From Antedon mediterranea (taxonomy: Eukaryota > Animalia > Echinodermata): a stretch of DNA of 64,000 nucleotides. Each line of letters opens with the position of its first letter. Position 1 is the first letter of the stretch. The notes under the pieces were generated by a model. The model ran no database searches and was not told the origin of the DNA. It saw nothing but the letters and a program-made list of their open reading frames with translations. The stretch spans positions 32,671,648 through 32,735,647 of the forward strand of contig NC_092673.1 of the NCBI RefSeq assembly GCF_964355755.1, in the 5' to 3' direction. Shown one piece after another: positions 1 to 13,809 of this stretch. A program made the position numbers and the translations under genes.

Positions 1-2112
1 TTTAAACCCGGAACCCCCCTTTAAGTGTTTTAACATAATTTATGGTGTTATACTTTCAGTCTAGATACTACCAACATAATCTTCGCACATTTGAAATCGA
101 TATTCTACCTAACTTATTATAACTGTATGTCTACATTATCAAAATTGCCTACTGCGTTTTAAAAAGTATGTATGCAAACAGAAGTTTAATGAATATACGA
201 ACCTTTAATTTTTGTCCGAACTTACACAACTACAAAAGTACGTCATGTTGTCTGAGCGAAACGTATCGCAATGTGACGGTTCGTTATTGTTCGTTTAATT
301 TTGGGAAATTCTAACTTTGCAGCAATTGGTTAATACAACAAAAGGGTATTTTTTAATAATTTGCATAACCATTTATTGTACTGTCCTACGTAACATGCAC
401 TTTATGTTTCAATGGCAACCAAAAAAAAAATGTTTTCATGACATGAATGTAATCGATAGTATTATTCTACAGTCATTTTCCTGAATTCTTAAATATTGAT
501 TGTATAACCTATAATTTAGATTATTATACAAAATACTAGTGATTAGTGTTAAACATCTCAAGAAACATACGTTGTTCTTTATAATAATATAAAATATGAT
601 AATTATAGTGCAAATTAGTGAAAAATAAATAATTTCATTATGATAATTATTATTCCTACTCTTCCGAAAGGTACACGTGTATACTGGACATCCAGTTTTA
701 ACTTCCTTGTCCGAGAAGACTTTGTAACTAGAACCAATACAATGAGAGCCTTGTGGCTATGGTTTGCGCTGCCCTTGATTTAACTGCTATACTAGTAATT
801 TAAAGTCTTAATCGCATTCTTTTTATATCTTTCAAACTGGCATTCATTTTTTGTGTACTTTACTGGAAAAGTATAATGTATACAGAAAAGAATTAAACAT
901 AGGAATGTATGTATTTCTCTGCCTGCGACTGCAATCATAATTATCTAATTATAGGAAAGGCTTTTCAAAACAGCAGTGTTTTCATGTAAGGCCTACGTAT
1001 GTATGTACACACAATACGTGCTCTTATTGGACGTATTTAATATATTAAGCCATGATATTACTTTATATAAAGGAATGCGTAAATGCTATGTTGGAAAACC
1101 ATAATCAACACAAGAGTGTGTAACTATATCGATACACGACCTAAACTAGGTCTTCTTAGTGTTTTTTAGGCTTAGATAACAATTTCTTTAAACTTCCGAG
1201 AATATTTAAGGTTTTTCTGGATTCATTATTCCAGTAACTTCCACAGAAAATATAAAATAAAAATCCCACTAAAAATTTGGATTTGGCGGTTTTTGGTTTC
1301 TATATCAAGCACAATTTGAACTTTAACATTATAGATAAATTTGATATTACTTTTGTTTCACCATCCATTTGGTGAGAAAGTACCATCATGGATTAAAAGT
1401 TCTTTGTAACCTGCAGCAGCATGCATCTGCTACACATCGATTGTAACAAAACTGTGGATGGAGATGCAAAAAAACAAAACAATGCCATTGATCAATACCG
1501 AACTCCAGGTAGAATATAGATCACCTTCCAAATACTGATAACAACAAAGTTATTGATTTTAATGTTCGATTCTTCTCGGAAACATTAACCTAACAAATGT
1601 CGTGAGTTTCAAAACAACATTTTGAACAACAACTTATTATCAATAAATATTGATTTGTCCGCGAAAAAAATTGTTTTACTAAACGATAATAACAAAAGTT
1701 AAACACTTTTTTATCTAGGAGTTTAGTTTTGAAAAAAATGAAGAAATTAAAAGTAATACAGGCTGCTAACTAAAATATTAAACTCGTCAAAATATAGGCT
1801 TACAAAAACGTAGGAAATATACAACATTTTCAAAACAAAACTCTCAAACTTTGGAGTGGTTTTAGGAAAACTACCCCCTGATTATTATTATTACAGGTAT
1901 TATTTAAAGCTAATCTTGAGTTCCGTCGAACTATACATTAACAACGATTTATAGGAAAAGAGGCAAAAGATTTATACTGCGGATAAATTTTGTTGTCGCT
2001 ATAATTTTTCCCTAGTATTCTTTTAACATCATCAGTATTATCGTCTCAGTTTATAATAGTATTCTAAAATGTATGCAATATCATGAATACAAATATAGCT
2101 TACTGTTAAAGA

Positions 2113-2241
2113 ACAAGGCCCTATACATGGCTGCAGTCGCGTGCTCAAGTTAGTGTTTACAGACCAACCGACGACCAACCAACCAACCAACCGACCGACC
2201 GACATAGTGAGCTGTAGAGTCGCGTTGCACGCGACTAAAAA
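2113..2241 (-). mobile_element. Short DINE-1/HINE-like (Helentron-associated) non-autonomous element
   Basis: Sub-terminal inverted repeat AGTCGCGTTGCACGCGACT beside a T-run, (GGTC/GGTT)n microsatellite, and a GCCATGTATAGGGC hairpin end. Same family at ~5141-5256, 25839-26506, 47997-48115, 51939-52059 and 57769-57858. Confidence 0.6.
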
Positions 2242-2324
2242 TAATAGGTCTCAATGTGAATGTGTGCTGTAGAAAAAGGAATATTTATTTTATGGTTCAC
2301 ATAGCGTAGGCCTCTATTGAATAG

Positions 2325-2641
2325 AGAAATGTGGCCGAGCGGTTAAGACAGTGGAACCGTAATCACGTAGCCATAACATCGGCAGGGGTTCGAGGCTCAC
2401 TCACTCCATGGTTCTGGTGGTAGAACGAGTCTTCTCGGATAAGGACTATAAACCGTAGGTCCAGTGTACACAACTTGCTCGTGTGCACTTTAAAGAACCT
2501 AGTACATCTTTCGAGACGAGTAGGGGGTTACCCCGGTGTATTAGTACATCACAGCCACTGATCACCAACTGGGCCCTTTGGGAGATCAGTCTTTGACTGA
2601 AGAGGTCACCCAGTATAAAGATAAAACAAACAAACAAACAA
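2325..2641 (+). mobile_element. tRNA-derived SINE with Deu/Nin-like central domain
   Basis: Pol III A box (TGGCCGAGCGG) and B box (GGTTCGAGGC); central GGATAAGGACTATAAACCGTAGGTCC...AAAGAACC...GAGTAGGGGGTTACCCCGGTGT resembles the Deu/Nin domain; (AAAC)n tail; absent from the paralogous copy near 5330. Confidence 0.8.
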
Positions 2642-3335
2642 AATAGTTTCCTCGACTACAGGTGTGAATCAAGAAGTATTTACATAGAAAGGGCGTTGTT
2701 ATAAAAACCGAAATGATAAAACTTTGATTATAATGATTATACCCTGATATATTAATACAAATTAAAATATTCAAAGTGTGATAAATTGTGTGTAACTTTG
2801 ATTGGAGTACGATTGTATTATGGTGGAATAACCATCTAAATCCACAGTCACGACGGAATTCCATTAGTATAGCTTTGCATGATACGTAAGTAACACATAC
2901 ATTTTTTTAGTAACTGTACATTTTATGTACATACTCATTTACATTTTCAATTATTTTTAGTTTTACTGGAAATTCCAGCTTGACAGCCATTGGTCCAAAT
3001 TATATACCTTTTTATTAGATCTACATGAGAATACGCACGCGCAGTATTGAATACATTTATTTATAAATCCCACCTACGTATCAACAGCCATGCTGATCGG
3101 GTATATTATTATAAAAAGATTTACTTTAAATCGCATTCTTCAAAAATAATAATCAGCGCTATGATTCAAGGTTCTTATGTAAAAGATTGTTAAGATAAAT
3201 AACAATCAAGACCTTAATGAAATCAAGACCTCATCAAAATCGGACGACCATTAGTTAGTATTTGAGAATATTTTTAAAATCTGGAATGTTGATCTTTATA
3301 TTTGAATTTGTATAATTGTTCCGGAAAAGTCCTAA

Positions 3336-3479
3336 AGCTCTGTCTACACTATCAAACTAGTTTGATTAAAACGTGTGATGTGCCCAAATTATAGTGATAT
3401 GGCCAAATATGGTAGTGATATGACATCATCATGTCCATATATGGGCACATTGCATTTTTTAGATAGTGTAGACAGAGCT
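3336..3479. mobile_element. PIF/Harbinger-type MITE
   Basis: TIRs AGCTCTGTCTACACTATC / GATAGTGTAGACAGAGCT, flanked by TAA on both sides. Confidence 0.85.
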
Positions 3480-3999
3480 TAAAGATAAAAGTTGCATTCT
3501 TTTCAAATTAGACAGGACCCATCGAGGTATTATTAGATTGGTAGTTGTATAGTAAATAGACCATAGACAGCTTAACGGCTCCACTGTTTAGACAAATTGT
3601 GCCTAGACAATCATTGGCTCTATTGTACATGACAACACGCGTTCGCAGTGTAAAATAAATGTATTTATAGGCCTATATTTTAAATAAATGACACACCCAT
3701 GTACATCTAAGAATTGTGATTGGATATGATTGAATAAAATATACTTCTAGTCACATTCACCATCGAGCTGATGTAAGAAATGAATAAAGATGTATCCTCC
3801 CCCCCCCCCCCCACCTCCCAAAAAAACCCATGCAAAATGAAGATTACTAAAATTAGACAATGAATTATGCCATTATGCAGTTTAATAAAGTTATTCACTT
3901 CCATAGAAAAATACGAACAAAAAAATGATTTAGCTTAAAGACGGTTAAATTTAACACAAAAACCCCACTGTCTGACAGACAATTTGAGGATGAGCAAAT

Positions 4000-5644
4000 T
4001 TCTCAAATAGTAGTTTAATAAATGATCCTTTAATTTTTGTCAGAAATTACACAACTACGGAAGTCGTAAAAATGCGTCAGTTGTCTGAGCGAAACATAAT
4101 CGCAATATGACGGTTGGTTTGTTCGTTTAATCTCAATGTTGGCAAATTCCACCTTGCAGCAATTGGTTAATACTACAAAGGATATTTTTAATAATTTGCA
4201 TAACCAAAAAGTTCTACTGTCTGAAGTCACATACACTTAAAGGTTTCATCCGTTGCTAAGCAACCTACAAACATGTTTTCGTGGCATTAATGTAATCGAT
4301 AGTATTATTCTACAGTCATTTTCTTAAAAAAACTTCTTTAAATATTGATTTAGATTATTCTACACATACATTTCAATGAGTTACTAAGCAACAACAAAAA
4401 ATTAAAAAAATGTATTGCATAAATATAATCGATAGTCATTGTCCTCAATCCGCCATTAGGTTTCTTACTTTGCAAACATAGGAATATCTGTATTTATCTA
4501 CCTATCGACTGCAAACAAAATTGGTAGAGAAGGAAAGCTTTTCAAAACAGTGTTTTCATGTTAGTTCTGTACACACAATACGTGCCCTTTTAAAATCATA
4601 TTTTAAATGCTCAAGTGCCATATTTAGACAGCATAATCAACACAAGATTCTAAATATTTTCGATTCATTTCAAGTAGGTCTTCTATAAAATAGTGTTCCT
4701 TATTTATTTTTTTTTATTCTACATAGATATGTGTAAACGTCAAAGTAGGCCTATAGGCCAACACAAAGTTAGGATAAATGCAAAATGTGTATAACCAAAA
4801 TTGGACTGTCACACTTTGAAATGGTTTTTGGGCTTCCCATGTATAGCCTACAGTTTTATTTGTATTTTCAGATTCTAAATTTGACTTTATTTTGTCTTTT
4901 AAAAGGAATAACAAATTAGTGAGTGCATTATTATTATTTACAAGTTGTTTTTTTTTCAGTTAACATTGAGTTGCGTTTAGTTATACATTAAGTTAACAAC
5001 AATTTATAGGAAAATAGGTAAAATTATATTTACGGGAACTTTAACTTTAATTTTCTCGTTTTCACACTGATATTTCGTATTAATCAGTTTTACCATCTCA
5101 GTTTTATAATTGTACAAAAATATGTGTTACTGCTAAAAGAACAACACCATATACATGGCTGTAGTCGCGTGCGCAAATTTGAGTTAGTGTTTACCGACCG
5201 ACCAACCGACCGACCGACATAGTGAGCTATAGAGTCGCGCTGAACGCGACTAAAAATGTAGGTAGAAATCTGTATATGTGTTTTTTTTTATAAGGTACAC
5301 CATATGCATTAGCGTAGGCCTACTATTGAATAGGGTATAGTAAGAAAATGCAAGAGATGTTTGCATAGGAAAGACGTAGTTGTAAAACCGAAATAATAAA
5401 CAATAATAATAAGGATTATATCCCTGCTATAACAAAACATTCAAAGTTGGATAAATTATGTGTAATTTGATTGTATTATAATTTTCTATTATTTTTAGTT
5501 TTACTGGAAATTCCAGCTTGACAGCCATTGTTCCAAATTATACCTTTTTAAAGACTTACACATGAGAATACGCACGCGCAGTGTTGAGTAAATGTATTTA
5601 TAAATCCCACCTACGTATCGACAGCCACGCTGATCGGGTATATA
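4000..5644 (+). repeat. Segmental duplication, copy 2 (left part; resumes at 10053 after the Helitron insertions)
   Basis: Collinear with ~180-3105. The flanks at 5644 and 10053 join to reproduce gggtatattattataaaagatttactttaaatcgc at ~3099-3133. Confidence 0.85.
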
Positions 5645-6954
5645 TCTATATATAAATTTACGTAAGGGCAAAATTCGATAAGTCTCGGTTAATTTATAGA
5701 ATTTTTACTCGATGGTATATAAAGTTGGTTCATACTTTTGGTACTGATTTTAACCATCTGACATAACCCTGTTTACTAATTAAATTGAGTTAGGTAATTA
5801 GTTATTGACGATTAAAACGAATTTAGGTTCAACGATTTGCCCCAAATAGGGGTGTTTTCCGATCGTGGTATACACTGTCTAATGGATGTTCATCTTGAAA
5901 AATACCCGCCACAAAAATGCGAGGAGGCTTCGCATTTTCCTATCTCCTCCTACGATAATTGTTTTTAATAGCTGAAAACTGGCTGAACAGCTAGAGTACA
6001 GCATCATAATGTTGAAGACAGGCCGATTTTCTTAAAAAAATACTATTTTGATAGATTTAATATACGATTATACAAATGTATTGATTTGCGATGAATGGAA
6101 CATCCCAGAGTTTGGTTTAACACAAGTAGGTAAATTTATGAGCCCTTGGTTTAACACATACGGTAGGTAAATATATGGGCCCTTTGAGAATAAACTTGCA
6201 ATACTTTGACAATACTGTAAATACCTATTAACTATTTTTGGTCGTCATTTGAATCGAACATTTCTTACTGAGAATGTTCATACTGTTATATGTAATATAA
6301 CAATATATACAAATAAACTTTATTACTGAGATTGTGGTTAGGCTCTACTGATATATAAACACATTATTATATACAAATAAACTTTATACTGAGAGTTCCT
6401 TCTCAACGTTTGTATTAATTAATAATTACCAATAATATAAACGTCGTAGTGGTGTATCGTGACATGTACTTTGATATTTCAATCGATTATGACAGTGACA
6501 GTTTTAACAAAGTATTAAATCGCAAATGTTTTACTTTATTTAGAGGTATATTATTTATAGGCCTATAAAACATGAAAAAAATATTTCGTTACTGAGTGGA
6601 TAAAGAATATATTTAAAAATTATTCCTCTTTGTACCTATCCGCTTTCCCATCCCTCAACCCTAATGTTACATACAAAACACAAATTGGGTTTCTTTAAAT
6701 GAGTCCAACTCAAAAATTTGGACTCATTTTGTGATAAGTTTTTCCTTCGGAAGTAATTCCCAGGGTGCTAATTTTAGTTGACTACATAAATCATCGTGTC
6801 TATTTATTCGTTTCTGTAAACGACAATGTATTATAGTCCTGCGGTACGTACATTTGAAATCGCCAGTTTTGTTACGCTGAAATTACTGTGTATTCGAGAA
6901 CCATCTGTGGGCACGACCTAGATGGTACGCGAGCGAAGCGAGCGTACCATCTAG
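5645..6954 (+). mobile_element. Non-autonomous Helitron (family H1)
   Basis: Starts TC after A (a|TCTATATATAAATTTACG); ends in hairpin CTAGATGGTACGCGAGCGAAGCGAGCGTACCATCTAG; no TSD. Same ends recur at 43098 and 47968. Confidence 0.85.
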
Positions 6955-9900
6955 TCTATATATAAATTATGGTTAATTCTGACATAGGCGAGCACAATGC
7001 AAAAACTTCGGTACAAATCTCCGCCTTGGATACCTACCTTATCTATCCGAGATGTACCGCGAAACGTAGATTTGATAACATTAGCCCGGTCAAAGTAATT
7101 TCCGGGTTTAAGATAAGTTCACCTTGCAACAACCTGGTTTCAAATATTTTCTCTCTTTTATACACAAGGGAGCAGTTAAAATAATAGATTTGACCCTAAA
7201 GGTGACTGGAAACAGGCACTTTCCATCAATCAATACAGTGTCCCTTTGGAAGACGAAAAAAAATCAGATAGTAGGATTGGAGCTTAAGTTGGCCATTAGT
7301 CATAGCCATTTCAGTTTTTTGTTTATTTTAAAACATACCGCGCGTGTGTGAAGGTACAGTAGTTAAATATTAGAAATTATACTGCAAATTAATAAAGATC
7401 AAATTAAATATTAAAAGAATCAGAATATATTGTGGGGAATAGTATTATAAAATTACATAGGGAGATTTGATGATAAGACATTTTTCGAGTGAAATCCCGA
7501 TAGCTGTATATTGAGTAAGCTTGCAGGAATAACTGTAGGCTATCTTCCTGTGTCCCGTTAGGACCGAGATGTCTGCTCATGTTGCAAGCCGTAATGTCTT
7601 CTTTCTTGGGCCCACTCTGTCACGGCAGTTAGTTTCAAAAGATGATTAAATTAAATAATTATTAGGATGGTATTCATTTGAATAAACGCCTATCCAATAA
7701 AACATCACTTTGAATAATAAACCCCCCCTTCCCCCCACCTTCCCCCAACCCAACTATCTAATAAACGTCCATCCACATATTTATAATAACACAATTATAC
7801 AATTTTTTTTTTTTTTTTTTATTTTTTTTAATTTCATCACCACCCTACAGTGACCAAACACCACCATTAACAGGGTTGAAAGTCGTAAAATATAACATAT
7901 TATATACAAGCAAAAATCAACAGATAACAAGACAACATTTAAATATTACTGACATTAGACAAAAACTTGTGACGGAAACAAGCAAGTGAATCAAAAAAAA
8001 TATCAACAGATCCATCAATTTTACATAGTGAGTGGTATAACTTAGGCAAACGATTAACAAAACCATTTTTAGTAATATTTACCCTCCCTCTTGATATAGA
8101 AAATAAAGCAGGATTACGCAATTGATATTGTGGAACAGAAATAGGAAAGTACAGTTCAAAATTACCATGAAAAATTGAGTTCACAGCCTTAAAAAGAAAA
8201 ATTAAATCAAATAACTTACGCCTATCCGCTAAATTAATAAGAACGTCTTTGCTAATAGAACCAAATTTACGCACATAAAATCGACAAAACTTGTTCTGTA
8301 CACTTTGTAATCTAGAAGACTGGGCAATAGAAATAGAGTTAAAAATAACACTGCAGATTCGACCTAACTAAAGATTTGTATAAAATAACTAATGCCTTTT
8401 TATCGTTAATATGTCTGCAATGTCTCCAAAGAAAACCCAAAAGTCTATTGCATTTAGAGACTATAAAATCAATATGTTTACACAAGGTTAATGAACTATC
8501 TAAAACAATACCAAGGTCTTTGTGAACAGAGACTCTTTCAAGTATAATATTCTTAATATAAAAGTCAAAATAGATGGGTAAAAGGCATTGATTTGCATTT
8601 AGAGGCATTGACTGACATATTCCAAGTGTCGCACCAGTGAATGAGTCTGTCAACGTCTTCTTGTAACAACAACAACATATCATTTAAGGTTTGTATAGAC
8701 TTAAATAATTTAATATCGTCAGCAAACATAAGAACATTAGAATGACGAGGAACAAAGGAAAAATCGTTGATAAACATAATGAAAAAAGGAGGCCCCAAAA
8801 TAGACCCCTGAGGCACGCCAGATAAAACTGGAAGCCATTCAGACGTGTTACCATCAAAAGTGACTCTCTGAAACCTGTCCGATAAATAACTTGTAAAAAA
8901 TAAAATTAAATCTTGATTTAAACCAAATTGTTGAAGTTTGAACAAGAGCAACTTATGGGAGACCCTGTCAAAGGCTTTAGCCATGTCTGTATATACAACT
9001 TCGCATTGCCCTTTTGCATTTATTGCTTCATACGCATGTGACAACAGAACAGACAAATTTGTTTCACAAGACCTCCCTGTGTAAAATCCGTGTTGATGGT
9101 CACTAATGACTGGTGATATATGTTTAAAAATTTGGTCGTGAACAATTTTTTCAAATACTTTAGAAATAGTTGGCAACAATGAAACCGGTCTACAATTGCG
9201 TACATCAGATTTAGAACCAGCTTTAAAGATAGGGCACACGTTAGCTTGCTTCTATTTTATCGGAAAACGTTTCTCAGAAATGCATCTTTCAAATAAAATT
9301 TTACAAGGGAAAGAAAGAGGTTTGGCAGCTAAAGACAAAACAATATTACTTAGACCATCATTACCTGAAGCCTTATGAGAATCAATTTCATTAATGTGCT
9401 TTTCTATAACCTCCTGATTAAACTCAAGTTTAGATAAGCAATGAATGGGATATTCAGGAAGATTAGGAATATCCAAATCGTTGTTAACAGGACTAAAAAC
9501 AGAATAAAAAAATTGATTAAGTAAGTTTGCTTTGTCTTTTACAGTGTAAGCTGACTGATTATTAAAATGAAGTTCCGAAGGGATGTTATTATTATTTTTT
9601 CTTGAGGATTTTATCCAAGACCAAAAACGTTTCGGATTACAACTTAAAATACAACATAATGAATGTAGTAGAATTCACCGCACTGTTATCTACAATTTAC
9701 CAAGCATTTGTTATTCTTTTTTACCAGTTTTCATATCTATTAGAGGATTTCATTTGATTTTAAATGTTACCATATTATTAAAACTAAAAAAATTAACATA
9801 TATCCCTCGAATAAGCATCTCCCTCAAATGACCTCCGCCTCCCCAAAGGGCCCTACCAAACAATAAAAACTATACTTTAAAATGTTATTAATCATCTAAA

Positions 9901-10052
9901 ACACTGTGAAACAAAGTAGTTTAGTTTTACGAATGTCAAGCATTTTCAATAATGGTAACCGACAGAAAACGTATAAGGAGAACATTATCATTCCGAGAAC
10001 CATCGTCTACACTTCCTAGAGGGGGAGCGAGCGAAGCGAGCTCACCCTCTAG
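6955..10052 (+). mobile_element. Non-autonomous Helitron (family H2), head-to-tail with H1, carrying a nested LINE
   Basis: Starts TCTATATATAAATT directly after the H1 CTAG; ends CTAGAGGGGGAGCGAGCGAAGCGAGCTCACCCTCTAG|T. The empty site is visible in the paralog near 3105. Confidence 0.8.
7803..9650 (-). mobile_element. 5'-truncated, frameshifted CR1/Jockey-group LINE (reverse transcriptase remnant)
   Basis: ORFs 9252-9476, 8565-9239, 8339-8683 and 7939-8274 carry RPVSLLPTISKVFEK, QHGF, DMAKAFDRV, GVPQGSILGP, MFADD and KDLGIVLDS; NPKRFWS near 9630; poly(A) tail seen as a T-run at 7803-7829. Confidence 0.92.
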
Positions 10053-10884
10053 TTACAACAAAACGATTGACTTTAAATCGCATTCTTCAAAAATAATAAT
10101 CAGCGCTATGATTCAAGGTTCTTATGTGAAAGATTGGTGAGGTAAATAACAATCAAGGCCTTAATGATGTTATGATTTTCGTTTTATTTCAACTATGTAA
10201 ATTGTTCGGTTTTGCTAACACTATCAGTACAATTTTACATATTTTATATTTATTGTTTTACTTTTGTATGTGCGAGGTGTAGCATGGAGAGCCAATTTGA
10301 TAGTGCTTAGCACTTAAGGTAATCCTACAGCTGCTGCACCTTTGCCATTTGTATAATGATGTTGATTGAATACTGTTTCTGAAAATTAAATTAAATAAAA
10401 TATAAACAAAAGAAGAAGATAAATGCCATATAACTAATACCGTGATTCTCCTTAATGATATTTGTAAAAGCAACAATACCCAGTATTGTAGGGTATTTCT
10501 AAATAGCTGTACAATGTCTGTATAGAAATTAACACAAGTTTATAGAATGATTGTTTGTAGCTGTGTATGTATAGCATTGTGTAACTATTTCGCGGCTCTC
10601 TATAAGTAACTAGGAATCAGCTTGTGATATCGTAAAATAACTATTAACAACGAAACGTACCCATGTATAAATTGTATGCTGTCTGATTGATCTGTAGTCG
10701 AAAATTTATAATTGAAGAATAACAAGAAAATGTTGCTGAACAATAGATTTAATTTCATCAAAATCGGACGGAAAGTTAATTTTCTTACGACCATTAGGCC
10801 TACTTAGTATTTGAGAATATTTTTAAAATCTGGAATGTTGATCTTTATATTTGAATTTGTATAATTGTTCCGGAAAAGTCCTAA

Positions 10885-11009
10885 AGCTCTGTCTACACTA
10901 TCAAACTTAAAAAAACGTATGAAATATGATAGTAATATGCCCAAATATGGTAGTGATATGACATCATCATTTTCTTATAGGGGCACATCAGTGTAGTGTA
11001 GACAGAGCT
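10885..11009. mobile_element. PIF/Harbinger-type MITE (duplicated copy of 3336-3479)
   Basis: Same TIRs, TAA TSD and flanks, so the insertion predates the segmental duplication. Confidence 0.8.
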
Positions 11010-11119
11010 TAAAGCTAAGAGTTGCATTCTTTTCAAATTTGACAGGACCCATCGAGGTATTATTTTGATTGGTAGTTGTATAGTAAATAGACCATAGACA
11101 GCTTAACGACTTCAGCACA

Positions 11120-12290
11120 TTATTTTAGTAAGCATGAACATATATTTTAGCATAACGCATTGAATGACAAAATTTGAACGGAAAAAATGATATAGACGAC
11201 ACATTTTAATTTTTAAATTGTGTTTTTCTTCCTTTTCTGTCCTTTTTCTTTTATTTCCCCTTCTAACCTTATAAATTCATTGGTGCTACATATGTGCAGT
11301 TGCTTTTTTCGTCGGTGTTTTTTCGTCGATGTTTTTGTCATCGTTTTTGTCGTCGTTGATTTTTCATCGTTGTTATTTTTTCGTCGTTATTTTGGTCGTC
11401 ATTTTTGTCATCGTTGCTTTTGTCATCGTTATTTTTTTCGTCATTGTTTTGTTGTCGTTACTTTTTGCGTCGTTTTTGTAATCGTTTTTGTCATATTTAT
11501 ATTTGTAGTTATTTAAACAAATAATTTCTTGTTTCTCGCAGAAATACGTAATTTGCATCGTTATTGGCGGTATCTTGCCAATGTAAAACATTTATTCTCT
11601 GACTATCTTTACATATTATTTTGAGTACGCATTTAATTATCTCCATTTATTTATTATTTCGACTCACCGACCACTTCTTTATAATGTAACAACAAATCAA
11701 TAAAACACACACACGGAACGTTATTCTAATTCTAAAAGCGCATTTTATTGTTCAAACTAAATCACAAAATAATTTACTTATAATATACGATTAATGAGTA
11801 TTTTTGTTTAATATTAAACTACGTTTGAGCATATATATACCTACTCTAAAATATCAAACAAAAAAAGTAATTAAAACGCAATTATTAAAATTAAAATGAT
11901 AAACTAGTATTACTATTAATTACTGGTATACATTTTTAGAATTTCCATTTAAAATGTCTTCTATCTCTTTATTTTGAGTTTCTCACATTTGACTTTGTCT
12001 GAACATTTTCAGTGGAACGTCTAGTATTCAATCAATCAATCAATCAATCAAATAGAATGCAATAATTGTTATATATTTTAAATAAGTAAAAATACATACA
12101 AGAGTAGTATATTGCTTCCTACACACTTAAGAGGCCCAGTAAACATATACTATAGCAATTTTATAAGTGGTCCGAATCGTAATGAACAGCACAGTTTAAT
12201 TATTTACATCAATAGCCTAGTTATCATAGATTGTTAATAATTATTTTCTAGAATAAACAGCTTATCTAAAACATTACAAAATAAGCCCAA
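11120..12290. repeat. Duplicated 3' flank of GVIN paralogs (copy at ~15200-16500; partial at ~34174-34260), including degenerate (TTTTTCGTCG)n low-complexity tract at ~11300-11500
   Basis: Shared tattttagtaagcatgaac (~11121 / ~15205), aacgttattctaattctaaaag (~11717 / ~15918 / ~34174) and attaattactggtatacatt. Minus-strand AATAAA at 11744-11749 and 15945-15950. Confidence 0.75.
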
Positions 12291-13273
12291 TAATAATAGT
12301 TTCAAACCACAGAGTGAAAACTAAACTAAAAAAACAAATTGTCAAAAACTTTTAATAAAATTATTATTTAGAAAAAAGGAAATTTAAGTTCAGTATGTTT
12401 TTAATGATTAGAACAAACGTTAGATCAGAACAAACGTAAAACTGTATACATAATGCATGCACGATTAGAATAGTATTGGATTGTTACAATTTTATATTCT
12501 GGATAAACTAGGAAATTGTCATAAACTTACATCTATAATCTTAGCTAAAAAGCAAATTATTTAAATATTGTATTAAAGAATACAAACACACTTATACGGT
12601 AACCATTACTACTAAGTTACCGTAACGCTTCATAAAATATGTTTTAAATTGTTATACTTTAGTGCACTTTTTTTCTCATGTAAATGATTAAAACGGGATC
12701 GGTTTATAAGAAACAAATGCAAGGCTATGTACATAATAAACGTAAAACAACATTACGCTTACTGAAGCATCAACACATGTTAATATTATACTGTATTACT
12801 GTATAATTATGTTAAGCGTGAAAATAATGTCACAAAAAGAGTGCCAGCTATCGGTTCTTTTGGAGAAAAAAAAGTGTCTCACATAAGTAAGGTCCGGTTT
12901 CATTGTAAACATATAACGTATAGCTTGTAAAAAACCCTTTTTAAAGGAATGTATTAAGATAAACACATTTCTTAAGCCTTATTTATTTGTTATTGGTGGT
13001 ACAGTTGTTTTTTAGCACTGTAGAGATATGTTCCCTGATAGAAATATGGAAATATAAGAATTTTTTTCTATATCCGCATTCTTCGAATATTAATTAGAAA
13101 ATGAAATGGCCAGTATGAATAAGTGTGAATTTAAAAGGCCACGCAAAACATAATCTCCAGGAAAGGCCATGGTAAACAAATTGTACCGTGGACATTTAAT
13201 GTATATGACAAGGAAGTTCAGTTATAGGAATAGTCGGTGTTTATCAATCAATGTTATCAATTTTGTTGGTTGA

Positions 13274-13591
13274 TTAAATGTCGTACAATGTTTTCATATC
13301 ATCTATTGCTTCTTCCTTTGTAATATCCTTCCATCCGTCTGGAATATCAGCCTCCTTAGCATTGTAGTATTCAGCAAGTTCAGTATTGTATGTTGCCATG
13401 AACCATTTCCAGAACGTCTCCGACTCGCCAGCCAGTGGTTTCCTCGATGCGTAGTATTCATTGACAGTCCTATAATTTCTGTAATTAACGACTTCGTTGC
13501 TTGTATCTTTATTCTGAAAACTATAGTTAGACAACAATCCAGTTGTGCACAAGTTTGAGTTGAGCTTTCCAGAATTCACCCAGTGATATCC
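13274..13591 (-). pseudogene. C-terminal fragment of a second very large GTPase (GVIN1-like) paralog
   Basis: GYHWVNSGKL...CTT...FWKWFMATYNTELAEYYNAKEADIPDGWKDITKEEAI aligns to the last ~105 aa of ORF 17206-20784 (YWKWFMATYNTELAQYYDCEKADIPDGWKSISKKEAI). Homology stops at ~13591 against repeat-like DNA. Confidence 0.9.
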
Positions 13592-13809
13592 GGAAACTAT
13601 ATCCATTTTAAAAAACCTTAAAAAGGACAAAATTTGTAAAAACCACAAATTTGGCCGTTGCCATAGAAATATACTTGTGAAATAAAAAATACTTCATATT
13701 TGATTTCTCTCAACACATATAGCCATGTGCAAAATTTAAAAGAAATCCATTTTTTTTAGTCTGTCACTCTTTTTGATATTTCTTTGATTCTTACAGAAAA
13801 TGGCTCTTA

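Larger units (their letters stand above)
180..3580 (+). repeat. Segmental duplication, copy 1 (paralogous to ~4000-5644 plus 10053-11110)
   Basis: Collinear shared blocks: gttgtctgagcgaaac (~247 / ~4080), aatcgatagtattattctacagtcattttc (~451 / ~4294), acacaatacgtg (~1009 / ~4573), ttttactggaaattccagcttgacagccattg (~2961 / ~5499), ttaaatcgcattcttcaaaaataataatcagcg (~3126 / ~10073). Confidence 0.85.

Noticed and set aside
2325-2410. tRNA gene
   Set aside because: A and B boxes are present, but there is no convincing cloverleaf or acceptor stem, and the sequence continues into a SINE body and (AAAC)n tail.
11220-11591. ORFs 11220-11516(+) and 11373-11591(-) as proteins
   Set aside because: They are translations of a low-complexity TTTTTCGTCG-type tract.
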